From: Sarea resinae
Lineage: Eukaryota
Assembly (NCBI GenBank): GCA_026026165.1
Contig: JAPEUD010000005.1
Location: 372,001 to 436,000 of the forward strand
Direction of reading: 5' to 3'
DNA: 64,000 bases
Shown here: in pieces, positions 13,000 to 26,068 of the stretch
Layout of the letters: each line of letters begins with the position of its first letter
Position numbering within the stretch: position 1 is the stretch's first letter
Made by a program: the position numbers and the translations under genes
The notes under the pieces: model-generated
Told to the model about the DNA's origin: nothing
Databases searched by the model: none
The model's input: only the letters and a program-made list of their open reading frames with translations

Positions 13000-13901
13000 G
13001 GCGAGTGAACGATGCAGCAAAGGAGAAAAAGATCGATGTAAACAATCAGACGCCTCTCGATGCGATCTACATCCATATCGTCATCATCCAGATCCGAGAT
13101 CCTTCGCGTCGATGTATCTTGGGGCATGGTGGGCGTAGACATCAGCCCTAAGGCCACGGAGTAGATCGCAGAGCAGAGAGATCTGATAATGAGATGGCCA
13201 TGACAATAATAGCAGCGCTGCGGGGAAGTTCGCTACTACGTAGACCTACTGCGGACTGACACAGTCACAACAATACGGGTGTTCCAGTCCGTAGAGTAGA
13301 GAGCACTCGACTCCTACGCTTCGCATTCTGCACGGCACCAATGCGAATCTATATATCATCAATTGTATAGAAATCCTCTCATCCACTTGCAACGAAGCAA
13401 GACAGCACTGGAAGATCTGTACCGTGTGGGCACGAAGCTAGCTGCGGGGCGATCGCGCTTGAGGCCGTCTGTTCGCTTGAGCCGCCTGCCTGGTGGTGGT
13501 GCCCGGTGCCCTGTGCCCTGTGCGATATATTCCAAATACTTTGTTCCATCACGAGCCTCATTGCACCTCGCGCACGGCTCACCTACTTTCTCGACTGTCG
13601 CATGCTTTGTTGGAACTCGGTCGCCCCACTATTGGTGCTGGTCGAAGACTCAGCCTTCAACCCGTGTTCAGCCATCTGACGTGAGTAAGATGCCCCATCC
13701 ACGAAGTCAAAAGCCAGTTTCCGAACTTGTCTATTCCATCTGCCGTCATTCCTTGTTGCTCTCTGCGCTATCTCGAGTTTTCTATATCTGCAGCGGTTTT
13801 CCTGCTACCTTCTGTCGCGTGTTGTTTGTGGTTGCCTTCGCTCTCGATATCAGACCTTTACGACGGCAGGAAAGCGCTTCTCTACTTCTTCAACCGCTGT
13901 C

Positions 13902-15784
13902 ATGGCTGACGGAGCCAATTCTCCGTCTTACAATCGGCTGACTCCTCCGATTGACACAGCGAGCATCGAGGATAGGTCTCGTGTATCTTCGAGCGAGGGT
14001 GGAGAGCCATCCAGTCCTTTTTCTTGGACCGATATCAACATGTCGGCCATTTCCCCTGCCATGTCCAACGCGGGCAATAGCCACGATCCAAATGACCCTC
14101 AATTTGGTGATAGCGAGTATGGTGAGTTTTAAATGCACTCTCTTTCTCACTGTTGAACGATGCCGTATATGTTCTCGCCTCTCTCTTTATCTGCATGATA
14201 CCCTGTCCATCTGCCCGATTCCTCAGAGCTTCTCGTCTCTACTCCCTCCAGAAGCTCCGAGCCTCCTCAAAAATGCCTTGGAAGTAATGCACTTCGCATG
14301 TTACAGGTTCGCCTGAAGCTTTGCTTCTTCTCCACCAGTTGCCCATCAGATCTTGCCTTTGACCTCGCATTCCCTGGACAGGCTAACTTGTTGCTCGACA
14401 GGCAGTGGCGAATCAAACAGCAATTCAAAAAGTCCGCTAGCATATATGAACTTTGGTTTTTTGAAGAACCTCACCGAAAAGAAGACTAAAGGTATTCCAC
14501 ACTAGTCTGTTCCCCTTCTCATTGTGCTAAGAAGTGTACAGTAGACGGCCAGCCGGCGAAGAGGAGGGGACCGAAACCTGACAGCAAGCCGGCCGCCACG
14601 AGGAGGCAAGAGCTTAACCGGCAGGCTCAAAGGTGTGTTCCCAAGAAGCCCGGATTCATGCGAATCTTGAATCTATGCAAATTCTTTACTAATGTACGGC
14701 AGAACACACCGAGAGCGAAAAGAGCTGTATATCAAAGCTCTAGAGCAAGAAGTTCTACGTCTAAAAGAGACCTTCAACCAAACCGCTCGCGAAAGGGATG
14801 CCGCCATTGAAGAGGCCCGATTGCTCAAAGCCATTTTAGCAAAGCATGGCATCCCTTTTCCGGGCAACGAGAATTACGGCCAGGGGCTCATCGGCGGAAG
14901 TTCCACCAGCAGCGGCGCAGGGGAGACTTACTCGAGGAGCTCACAATCAGCAAGCCAATCCCCTCCAATCGCCAGCCTCCCAGCCCAGGTACAGCCTGGG
15001 GCAACCGGACCTCAGCAAACCGCCATAGACTATGACCAGATAGGGATAGATTTCGTCTTGACGTACGAACGGACACCATACCTCTCACCTCCACCCCAGT
15101 AACACCTGCATGCAACCACAAAGCCCCCCTCCATCAGTCTAACATCTAACTTCTATCTTTATCCGCACACAGTCTCGAACGCCCCTGCATGGACCACATG
15201 CAGTTCTTGCTCGTCCGTGCGCAGGACTCGGCGGAAAACGACAGCGACGGCAACGTCTCAGGCCACACGCTCATGGCCTCGTGTCCGCCACAGAGCCACA
15301 TCATCAACCACCCGGACGTGCCGCACACGAAGGAGCCCGAGATGCGGCCATCGGACCTGCAGAGCCTGCTGGACGCCAGCAAGCGGATCCAGTGGGAGGG
15401 CGAGATCCCACCGATCAACGCGTGGGCGATGCTCTTCACGCATCCGCGACGGCACGAGTTCACGGTCGAGGATATCGAGGGCATCAAGCTGGATCTGACG
15501 ACCAAGATCAGGTGTTACGGGTGAGTTTTCTTTTTTCAGCTTTCTTTGGTCTCGCGTTATTCAATCCTGCGCAAAACCCCACACGTCTCTTCTCGGATCA
15601 GAAGATCACAACCATGCATGATACGGACCCAGACTGACGATGACGACCTGCCTACAGCTTCGGCGCCGTCCTCGAGCAATTCGAAGTCAGCGACGCCCTG
15701 AGCTCGGTGCTCGCTAACAAAGCACCCCTTGGCCGCCCACATCAAATCTCCCCGCCCGCACCACCACCCGCGCTGTCACAGTAA
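13902..15784 (+). CDS. Yap-like bZIP transcription factor (RsmA/Fcr3-like)
   Basis: Exons 13902-14121, 14402-14491, 14542-14632, 14703-15062, 15173-15520, 15658-15784. Basic region KRRGPKPDSKPAATRRQELNRQAQRTHRERKE with zipper; C-terminal DFVLTLERPCMDH and RCYGFGAVLE blocks. Confidence 0.88.
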
Positions 15785-17406
15785 CAAGGTCCTTGTCCCT
15801 TTTTGTTCCCCTTGGAAAATAAGTCTTTCAATTCACTCTATCAACCACTTTCTATCCCCGAGAAAGAGAGAAAAAAGAGAAAATAAAAAAGAGGGGGCGG
15901 GGCTGGGCTGGAAAGAAACGGAGTTGGTAAAATGGGAGCCGTAGCTATCAAAACCTCTGGCGCGTCAGGCAGGCAGGTAGCAGGCAGGTGGGTAGGTGGG
16001 GTGGGTCGGCGGCGTTAGAGCTTTCCTGTCATTCCCATTTCTTCGTCTTCTCCTTGTCCTTCTCTTAGCAGGTAATGTGCAGGGGTAGCTGGCAAGTCGA
16101 GTCTAGTCTAGTCTAGTCGAGTCCAGTGGAGTCTGTCGAGATGAATACGCTTTCGGGCCTCAAATACTGGGCATAGAACGCTTTCGACAAGATCGCGCCG
16201 GAATTTCAAACGTAACCTTAAAAAGTGAAGATTTCACACCCTTTCACCGTCCTTTCACACCCTCGCGGGGGGGGGAAGGGGGAGAACCTCAACTATTAAT
16301 CAAGTAACTAGCTGACTGACTAAATAATTGAGTATACAGGTAGGTAGGTAGATCGGTAGGTAGATATAGCGTTCAAAAGAACCAAGTAAGGAAGTGAAAT
16401 GCCCTTGGGCTCCACTACACTGCACTACACTACACTACACTACACTACACTAAACTAAAGTAGAGTAACGGACTGATGGACTTGAATATCTCAAAATTCA
16501 AAAGAAAAAGGGAAGCCGGGAAAAGGAGAGGGAACATCGACACAGCGGGAGAGGGAAAAAGACGAGATGGAAAAGTCCGACCCCCCGACTGGAGCTTTGG
16601 GTTTTCGAGCAGGGAGGCAGAGGGTGCGACGACGGCAAGACCGGCCCTGTAGTCAACGTGGAAGGAGAAGAAGTAGAAGAAGAGGAAAGGAAGAAGGAAA
16701 AAACAAAGGAGAAGAAAACGCCATTTCCAAATGCCTGGTTATAAGGAAGAAAGAAGATTTATCCGGGTGGTGAGATCGAGTCGGGATAGGACCGGATCGG
16801 ACCCAAGCGAGTTGAAGAGAATTGAATTGAAATTGAAATTGAATTGGATTGGATTGGATTGAATTGACTTTGCATTCGAGATGGGAAAGAAATGAAGAGA
16901 AAGTTGAAGTAAAAGAAAAGAAGTGGTACCATATGACCGGCTTTTCTAATCAGCTCGGCTAGGTCCTCCCGCGCGAGGGAAACCCGAAAAGAAGAAGTTA
17001 TAAAAAAGACGAAGTAGATGGATGGATGTAGTGACGAGCGTGTAAGAAGCTGAAGTGAAGTGGGGGCCGTAATAAAGGTAATCGGGATGAGAGAGCGCCC
17101 CTCCGTCGTGGATAAGAAGGGGGCGAGAATACAAGAAAAGGCACCTAGATGAGACTTTGTGACTGTGACTGAATACGCCTGGCGCCCAGCTGTGCATGAT
17201 AGGAAGGGGAAAAAACATCGCCGAGTTCATGAAAATCAAGAATGAAGATGGACGAAGAGAGGAGGCTCGGAGGCTGGAAGCAGGATGGAACTCGTCTGGG
17301 GAGGTACTAGGCCTGTGTCTGTAGGGATTAGGGTAGAAAGGAGGAAAAGAACTGAATGAGATGACGCGAAGGAAAACACATCCTTCCTCGGAGACAGGAT
17401 CGCAGG

Positions 17407-20400
17407 TTAGCCGGCACCAGTCACGCCGACGGGACCCTGCTGCTTCCCCAGCCCATGATGCGAATACTGGCTGTGCCGATTCGGGTCGCCAGGACGGCCC
17501 ATGCTTTCTGTCGAGTCTCTGCCCTGCGAATAGGAAGAATTGGGGCCTTCGAATTCGAAATTGAGCTGGGGAGGTGCCTCGTGCGAGCTCGAAGAAGGGC
17601 CGTAGGGCGTGCCATGGCCTCCTGCTCCCCCAGGCCCTTGAACGTGTCGAACGGAACTCTCCTTTCTCCAGGCGTTGGCTTGGGACGGGTCGGTGTCGAC
17701 ACGAGTAATTACGGGTGCTGGTCCTCGACCCTCTTTGGATCGGGGGGGAGTTGAGTCGGTGAGGGTGACTGTGCGTTGAGGGCCGGGGACCTTTCCAATG
17801 TCTCCGTAGCGCTTGAGGATTTCCTTGGTCGTGATGTCCGCACTACCATTGAAGAGAGAACTATCATTCAGTATGGATTGAAGATCTTCGGGAACCTAGG
17901 GTGGCGTTAGATGATTTGAAGCTTCTCTTAGCAGTCAACAAATACTTACTTCGCACATAGCGTCGTTACACTCAATGAGGGAATGCACAGCTTCAATCGC
18001 CAGGAAGCTATCATCCATGCCCGGATTTTTATTGCCAGAATATAAGATGTTCGGGGTGACTACGGTCGCGAGGTTGTGTATGTCCATTTTGCTTCCGGAC
18101 TCCTCATCGACGTGTGAGAAGGAGGATACCCAGTTCAGGAAAGAGAAGAGGATCTCTATCGAGTCCCGGTGGCTCTTTGGAAGTAGACAGCAAGTCAGAT
18201 GTAAGACCCTTCGCCGTTTTTCTTCATCTGCAATCTCTGTACGGATATTAGTCACATGACATTATCTTGATAGAAGGAAAAGATCATACTCTGTGAGGTG
18301 ATGAATAATCGATGCAACTTGAACGTCAACAACGGCTCCGGCATGTCTCTCAGGAATTTTCTGAGTAGGGCCGCAACCTGGACAGGGCTCTCTCTTGTCA
18401 GGTCGACGGCATCCCCACCCCTGGCGTCAATCTGATCGGCTAGCTCTTTCAACCTTCTAATATTACCGTTCTTCCGGAAGACGCCCTCAACTGACATATC
18501 CATACCCCGCATTGCGGTAACACAGTCGTCGATGATTGCGGGGATTCGAAGGGCACCGGGACCAACGCCGAGGGTGGACTCTGCCCCGTCTTTCTCGATC
18601 AAGGCATCTAGACTGACACCAAATACACCCTTCTTTTTGCCCGCTTTACGTGCTTCTTTTTGGAAGGCTTTACCGAATTTCCCCCAGAATGTAGGCTTTC
18701 TCGATTCAATCAACCCAAGAAGCTCCTCGAGATTAAAGTGCCCCTCTACCAATGGTTCCATGGATAACACGGCGACATGGCGAACGATAAAGTATTCCAG
18801 GGCAGATAGCTCTGAAAAGTACTTTTTGCCCCGCGGTTGCAATGGCTCAGTGGCAAATCTTTGCAGCTCCTGTCCCCCGGAAACGTCTCGTTGGTGGCCG
18901 TTAAGGAGTTTTGGTTGTGCAGATGAGAATATAGGACCTCGAGCGTGTTTGTAAGCGTTTGGTCTTTGTTCCTTGGCTTGCTCAGCAGCGACTATCCGCG
19001 GAATGTCATCCAGTGTTAGGGCGTCCTGATTGCCAAAGGTAAGTTCGGTTATGGCTTCCCCATTGGCATCGCGATCTTCGACGATTTGAAATCCATGATT
19101 TCTCTGGTCAGATCCATCTGCGCCTGCGGATCCAGGGCGAACGCTCCGGCCCTCTGGACCATCGATGATCCTCGACGTGCGAGCCTTTTTGATAGATGTT
19201 GACAGATGCTTATCCATCCGCGTAGAGCGTAGCCTCCGAATGTCGCCAAGAGTCTGCTCATATGTCGAATCATGCACCTCGTCGGGCCGGCCCCCATATG
19301 ATTTCGAGCGCGAGTTAGAGTGCAGCAATGGAGGAGCGGTCGGGCCTGATGAAGGTGCTCGATGGCCTTCATTCGAGTCGTAATTCAACAGATTTGGGTC
19401 GTCTATCATCCGCGAAGGATCTCATCAGTAAACGCCGAGCAGCTGTTGAGCTTTTGATGAATGAATCTTACCTGAGGTGTGTGGGAGAGCACCGCCAGAT
19501 CTTAATACTGATAGAAGCCTGGCAAGAGCTACTCGCAACAGAAAGACGTACTGCTGGAGCTTGGTGATGCGCTCGAATCCGGCTTGAGACTCGGACGCAT
19601 TTACCGCACAAGTATCACAGAGGACACGCTGTTCCCGTTCGCTCCAACGAGCGTCTTCTAGATTCTGGCCAAGCTCCCTTACGCAGTTTGCGCAGCTGAT
19701 GCAGCCAAGGTGCCACCTCCGCTCGCCCAATCTCGCGCAGCCATCTTCGATTGCCTTCTTACATGTGGCGCACAGATCAGACGTCTGATCTGCTAGGCCA
19801 GATACACCAGCTGTGGACTCGAGCGATTTTTCGGCTTCCCTGAGCGACTCTAGGTCTGCTAGATCGTCTAGGAAGTGATCAAGGCCTCGGTGGTCTGCTC
19901 GTTCCCTCTCAAACTTGAGAGCCCCCTGTAGACTGATCCGGATAAGTAATTTCAAGTAGTGTGCTAGACCGGTGACAAGGGAAAGCAACTCTTGAGTGAC
20001 GCCAAGTTTTCTGACGCCCGTATCTTGTGTCTTGGACAGCAGCGAGAAGAAAGCGACAATCTTTTTGCACAACAGCTTTGCCTCTCGGGAATAAGAAAGT
20101 CCTGTTCCTAGATTAATGACCGGCTCTATACTAGGAGGCTTAGACGATCTCAAGCTTACCTTTCATTCCGTCGGCTGTCAGGAGGTCGTCTAATTTATCA
20201 AGAGAACTGAACAGGATATCGACATGCCATATGAACTTCTTGGCGACCAGCACGCCATCAACATAGGCCCCGTTGCTGACGTGAAGCAGCATGTCCGAGA
20301 TGCATGCGGCAGAAGATTCTTCAAAAGTAGAAAGCACGCTCCAGATGCGATATACCTTTTCCTCCATCCTCTCTTCTTCATCTCTTACAAAGTTTCGCAC

Positions 20401-21324
20401 CTCATCGGTAGCATCAGCGTCGTAAGTCGGTCGATTCTCTGCACTCTGCCCTGATGGCGCAAGCCTGACATTCCAGAACTTGTGGATCATATAGCATTCT
20501 GGATGCCAATGCTGATTCTGTCCATTGCGAAATATCTCCACAAACTGCTTAAGAATTGACGTTTGACATCCATTACAGCGTTGTGCGAACTGCGTGGAAT
20601 AGTGATAATGGCAGTACACTTTGCCTTCATGCTCATAGTAACTGTCCTGGGCGCCGAAAACAGTAGGGCAAACAGAGCAGGTGAAATGGTCGATGTGATA
20701 CTTGCGGTCGAGCGCGGTTATATAGGAACCGCGAAGCGCTCCGCCGCACTCATAGCAGAGGAGATCGAGTCTTCGGAAGTAGTCGGTCTCGCAGAGAGGG
20801 TACTGGCCACTGCCATCCTCTTCGTCCACGGGAAAGAACTTCGAAGCTACAATTTGGCCGCAGTCCTTGATGACGAGATGTCAGTGAACCATCAAACGCG
20901 CGAGATAATCTGCTGTACTCACTCGACACTTGAAACAGTCCAGATGGAATGTTCCTCCCAGTGCCCTCACGAATTGGCCCGTCAAGGGCTCATTACATTT
21001 TTTGCATATTCTTGCGCCGTTTGCATCCCGGCCAGCTCGACTTCTGTTGGCGCGCGACCTCTCTCTTCCTCCAGCTCCTCTTGAGTGGTCCCGTCCTCTT
21101 CCATGCCGGCCAGGTGAAGATGGCGCACCTGTTCCTTCATCCGCCCTCGAATCATTGCCCGAATCCATGTCGGAGGGCGTCCCCTTTGGCAAGAGTTCTG
21201 TAGATCCGTAGCCATTTGTCCCACCAGGATGGTCGTTTGCCGTCATATCATTAGGTTGTAGGAGCGGACCCTCGGGCGCCCGGCCTCCATCCCCAGATGG
21301 GCGACCCTCAGATTGAGGGCCCAT
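17407..21324 (-). CDS. lrg1: LIM-domain Rho GTPase-activating protein
   Basis: Exons 21324-20923, 20865-20160, ~20101-19472, 19402-18290, 18236-17950, 17895-17407. Multiple LIM zinc fingers (CKKC..HLDCFKC, CYEC..HIDHFTCSVC, CNGC..HPECYMIH) and a RhoGAP domain (VEGVFRKNG, AALLRKFLRDMPEPLLT, KMDIHNLATV). Confidence 0.92.
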
Positions 21325-23494
21325 ATTAGAGACTCGAAAAGCAGCTGCTTGAGCTCAGAGAATCCTCCCCGATTATCGATGGTTCTCCAACCACGGTGGT
21401 AGAGTCGTGAACGAGCGTTGATCGCAAAGGGATATGTTGGTAGAGTTTCGATAGGTTTCAGCACGGCGCAGGTGAACGGTCGCAAATTTCACAAGCTCAA
21501 TGAGGGCGTGTTGGCCAGTTTGGTCGAAAGTGCCGTCTGTGCGCCCAAATCCAATCTCAATCGGAATTCCTGGCTTACTTTTGGATGGGTGAGCTCGACC
21601 GAACAGGACCACGCGCCAAATACCCGGGCTCCAATGGTATGGTAATCTCAGTATGAACGAAAGTCGACGTGCGTGCGCAACGGTTTACCTCTGCTCTTCT
21701 GGACAAACGTCCTCGTTCGCTCCGCTCTTCCAGTGTCTCCTCGGATGCTGAGATTAGCAAATGTGCGAACGACCTCAAGCGTGCAAGAGAGAGAGAGACG
21801 TGGAGGAGTTGAACCCTGCAGGACGCTGAAACGTGAAGCGACAGGGTCGACGGAATTAGAACACGATGTAGGTTCGCGTCAAAGGCGAGCCCAACCACGA
21901 AAGAGAGACGGTGCGGCTCGGCAAAGGCAGTGTCGGTCGCGGGGCTCGACTGCAGCTGTGGTAGGTGCAAGAATGCAGAGATGCCTTTCGGGCTGGGAGT
22001 CGAGTTCTGATGCTCGAAATGGGTCGATTGGACTGATCTGTTGATCGGAGCGACTGATGCTAAGAGTGCTGGCGGAGGCGAAGTACGAGGTAGCAGTGAG
22101 CACAACACTTGTCGACCTGGGCTACAGTAGTCGGCAGGTGGACGGCAGACGTCGAGAACGCGTTCGTCGGAGGGGTGACTGTCGTGTCAACGATACCCCG
22201 TACGGCGTAGGCATACAGGCCATGGATGGACGACACTCGCTCTGGCCCTAGGGGGTGTCGAGGTGAAGATGAAGGTGATGGTGATGGTGATGCCCACGGA
22301 CAGCGACACATCGTGAGATGAAGCCCCTTCTTTAGTTGAGCTTAGTCTACCTACCGGACCTGGTTTACCGCGCTTTTACCTGCTTTACTCTACATTTACG
22401 TTGAAAAGAAGGGTCCAGCGGTATCGCTACCAAGGGATTACCGTGGAAGTCCAGCACCGGGCGAGGTACAGATACCTACCGTCCCTTTGAGGCCTCGGGC
22501 CCCAAAGAGTGAGTGATTCGGTACGATTGACGCAGCTGCGCTCAGCTTTGAGCACAGGAACTATTACTAGTAGAGAGTGTGGGATGATGATGACCTTGAT
22601 CGAGACCTAGCTACCCAGACCAAAGCGAGTCTTGATAGATTCCTACGTGAGCTTCATTCTTCGTGAGGGGTTGAGGAACAGTGAGTGAGTGGTAGGAGGT
22701 ATGTACTGCCGTAGAGGTGACGGGACTTGGGGTTCACTGCACTTCACCGCACTTCACTTCACATGTCAGTTACCCGGTGAGCTGTCGCCCTGGAGCTTTT
22801 CATCAGAAGCGATACTCTACATACTCTACATAAGGTACCTGACCTGACCTACCTGTATCTAGAGACGTATTACGCTGTATAGATACCTAGTATCCAACAA
22901 AGTACCCTCTGTTGCCTTACCTAAAACGTCCGAGGGGTCCTCTAGGTACGAAGTACCTTACCTTATCCATGGATGGGTAGAAAGCTCTAGGACTACGGAG
23001 TAAGGTACCTTAGGTACCTAGGTAGGTAGGCAAGTTCTAGGTCTGCTAGGCTCCAGTGGAGATCCGAGATCCTTCATTCATACCGCAGAAGCCCAAGGTC
23101 CCTTTCGTGCATCCTTCACGATCAGAGTAAACTGCACTCTTCGCTGCATCCTTCACTGCCCGCGGGGAGCTACCGTGAATGTTGCCGTAGAGCAAGCAGC
23201 CGACGTCTGCATTGGACGGAGGCGGGAGCAAACACTCAGGACCTACCTACCGACCTTATCTCACCTTACTACTACTTCATACTACTCCGTAGCTGTCCAG
23301 GTGCCCCTCTGACAGGCCCTGGAGTCCAACAAGTCCACGTATTGACAGAGCGTCACCACGTCACAGCCTCAGCATCAGATAACCTCTCCAGTCTCAGCCG
23401 CTCTCAGCCCGCAACTGCTGGCGACGTGAACTTTTGCCCGCAACTCTCACCATCTTCGTTTGACTTCTCTTGTACTGTCGTTCGATCCGGCACC

Positions 23495-25311
23495 ATGTCG
23501 AACCAGTCAATCATCCGCATCACGCGCGTAAGTCGTTGCTGCTGCAATCAGTCAAGATTATTGGAGCTGACCCGTTTGCCTGTGGCTCTGGTAACAGGAA
23601 CTTGGCGAGATTCAGAAAGCATCAGACCTCTGTGAGTGCTGAGTCTGCCAACAGCTTCCTTCGGTCTCTAACGGCTATCTTACAAGCCCTCGCCGTTGCT
23701 TGTCGAGATGTCGACGTTCGAAACGTCAAGGCTCTCATCATAGGACCGCCTGAGACTCCGTATGAATTTGGCTTCTTCGAGGTACAACATTGATGGCCTC
23801 TGAATTCTACGCTTCTGAGCTGACCATTATTCGCGACAGTTCTCGATGAAATTCGGCAAAGGTTAATCTTTCATGTTCCATATATAATAAATGAGTTGCT
23901 AAATAATTCTGCAGAGTACCCCGGCAGAGCTCCCGCAGTCACTGCCTTGACGACAAATGGAGGAAGATGCCGCTTCAACCCCAACATCTATGCCCAGGGC
24001 AAAGTGTGCCTGTGAGTCAGGCTTTCTTTCGAAATATAAGGCTCACTTACGTTCTGGCTTGCTAATACTTGAATATTGCAGTTCTATACTAGGGTATGAC
24101 TCTCAGATCCTTCACCTTGAGCTAAGCTAATCGGCTCTGGGTCATTACAGAACATGGCGCGGTGAGAGAGGAGAAGAATGGTCGTCGGCGCAGGGACTGG
24201 AGTCGATCCTGATTTCCATTCAAAGCTTGATGTCGCAAAATCCCTACGAAAACGAGCCAGGCTTTGAAGACTCAAAATCAGAGTGCGACAAGAAAAACAT
24301 ACAGGATTACATCGCGAAGGTGATATTGTCTGATCCGAAATGCTGTGGCCCTTTTGAAATCGTCGCTGAATAGTTTCACAGATTCGTCACGAAACACTAC
24401 GGATCTCGATTATTCAACGACTGGAAGATTATCTCGGTATCATGTCAGACGGGACGGTCGAGCCACCTGCGCTGTACGATCCAGATCACGATCACGAGAT
24501 GCAAATGGAAGAGGACCAAATCTCATTTGAGCCTTTCAAAGATCTTTGCAAACGAAAATTCCTGTGGTACTATGACTCGTATCTTCTGACAATTGCCGAA
24601 GCCAAAACAAAAGTCACAGAAGGCCAAGCCTTTGTGAAGATGCCTTTTGAGGGTTCTGGAAATTCCATGGAAGGGAAATTCCTCTATCCGGAATTAGAGC
24701 GCCGGCTGAAATTCATTCGCGAAGTGCTCGATAGGGAAACTGGCAGCTGGGCATCTCAAGGGTTGTTAGCCGTCGAAAAGGAATCGGGAATTGCACATTT
24801 GTTCCAGAGGCAATTTGAACAGACCGTCGAACACTACAAGCGTAACAACAGCGTTGCGCTGGTCATTGACCTCGAAGATAAGAATCCATTCGTTTGGGAG
24901 CTCACGTACTTCGGTCAGCCAATGACAAATCTCGACGGTGGCCTCTTCAAAATTAGGATGTGTGTTAGTCCGCGATTTCCGGAAGAGCAACCCAGGGTCA
25001 AGTTTGAGACGCCAATCTTCCACCACCGAGTCTCGAAGGATGGCGTGCTATGTTACTTTCCAGCGAGAACGGACGATATCAAGTCTCATGTGGAAGCAAT
25101 CATCGAAGCGATCGAAGAAGAGTCTCCGCCATACGATCCGCGCACCATGGTCCACCCAGAGGCTGCAAAGTTATTTTGGGGATCCACTGAGGACAAGAAG
25201 AAGTATAACCGACTTCTGCGCCGGTCTGTACAGAGAAGCACGGAGTACGTTAATCTGATCCCTTCTTCGGACCTTCGAGGGATGCTAATGAACTGGCTCG
25301 CTAGGGAATAA
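23495..25311 (+). CDS. Ubiquitin-conjugating enzyme, UBE2Z-like N-terminal E2 plus a second C-terminal UBC-fold domain
   Basis: Nine exons: 23495-23527, 23598-23631, 23687-23781, 23840-23861, 23915-24011, 24082-24093, 24151-24319, 24382-25244, 25305-25311. [45 protein letters not shown]; second domain GGLFKI..FPEEQPRVKFETPIFHHRVSKDGVLC. Confidence 0.9.
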
Positions 25312-26068
25312 AATGGTCGCCATGCCTCATGAATTCGTATCTCATGCACATGCATGTTCATACAGCGATTCAACGCCCCCCACCGACGCAGATGGTATCT
25401 AAAATACCCACTTTTTCCTCAAAAGAGTCTGAATTGTCTCTTTTGACACCAATATCCCCAGATCTCTCGTTCAGGTTGCTTGATTAACAGTTCATGGGGA
25501 GTTATAAGCATATCGGCGCGATCACCGTGTGGCAATAGCTCACGATTTAAGGTTTATGCTGCACAAAATGGCGCTATAGAGGGCGGTTCACGAAAAATGA
25601 GTCTTGCAAATCGGCGCGTTCTTCAATGTTGCTATAGGGCAGAAATAGCTAGATCAGTGCTCTAAAATAAATACCACGATTTTCCAGTTTTTGTAGCATG
25701 GAACAAGTCCAATTCATGAAATGTTTCACTAGGTGACTGATATCTCATCCTTGGGAGCGAGACATAACGTTTCAACTACAGTCCGTGTCAACCACCAAAG
25801 CTGGTTGCCGTCAATCGTACTGGAGGCCGAATCTTCGCAGAGATTCTATGTAATCTTACAGCTTAGCCGTCTAAATTATGATATAAGTAGTAGGATCGTA
25901 GAGGAAAGGTAGGTGTTGATTTTGCGTAGACAGGGTATCAGGCGGCATCTCTGAAAGGAGCTAATGTAGCCGAGCCGTAACTGGGGCCCCCAACACGTCG
26001 TTTCCAGACGTGTGGTAGAGTAGAAGAAGCCGTCTTACATTTCGACAAAAATCCACAGTCAAGCCATT

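Noticed and set aside
12954..13157. 67-aa ORF upstream of the acyltransferase as an extra coding exon
   Set aside because: Out of frame with the enzyme, and no clear splice signals link them.
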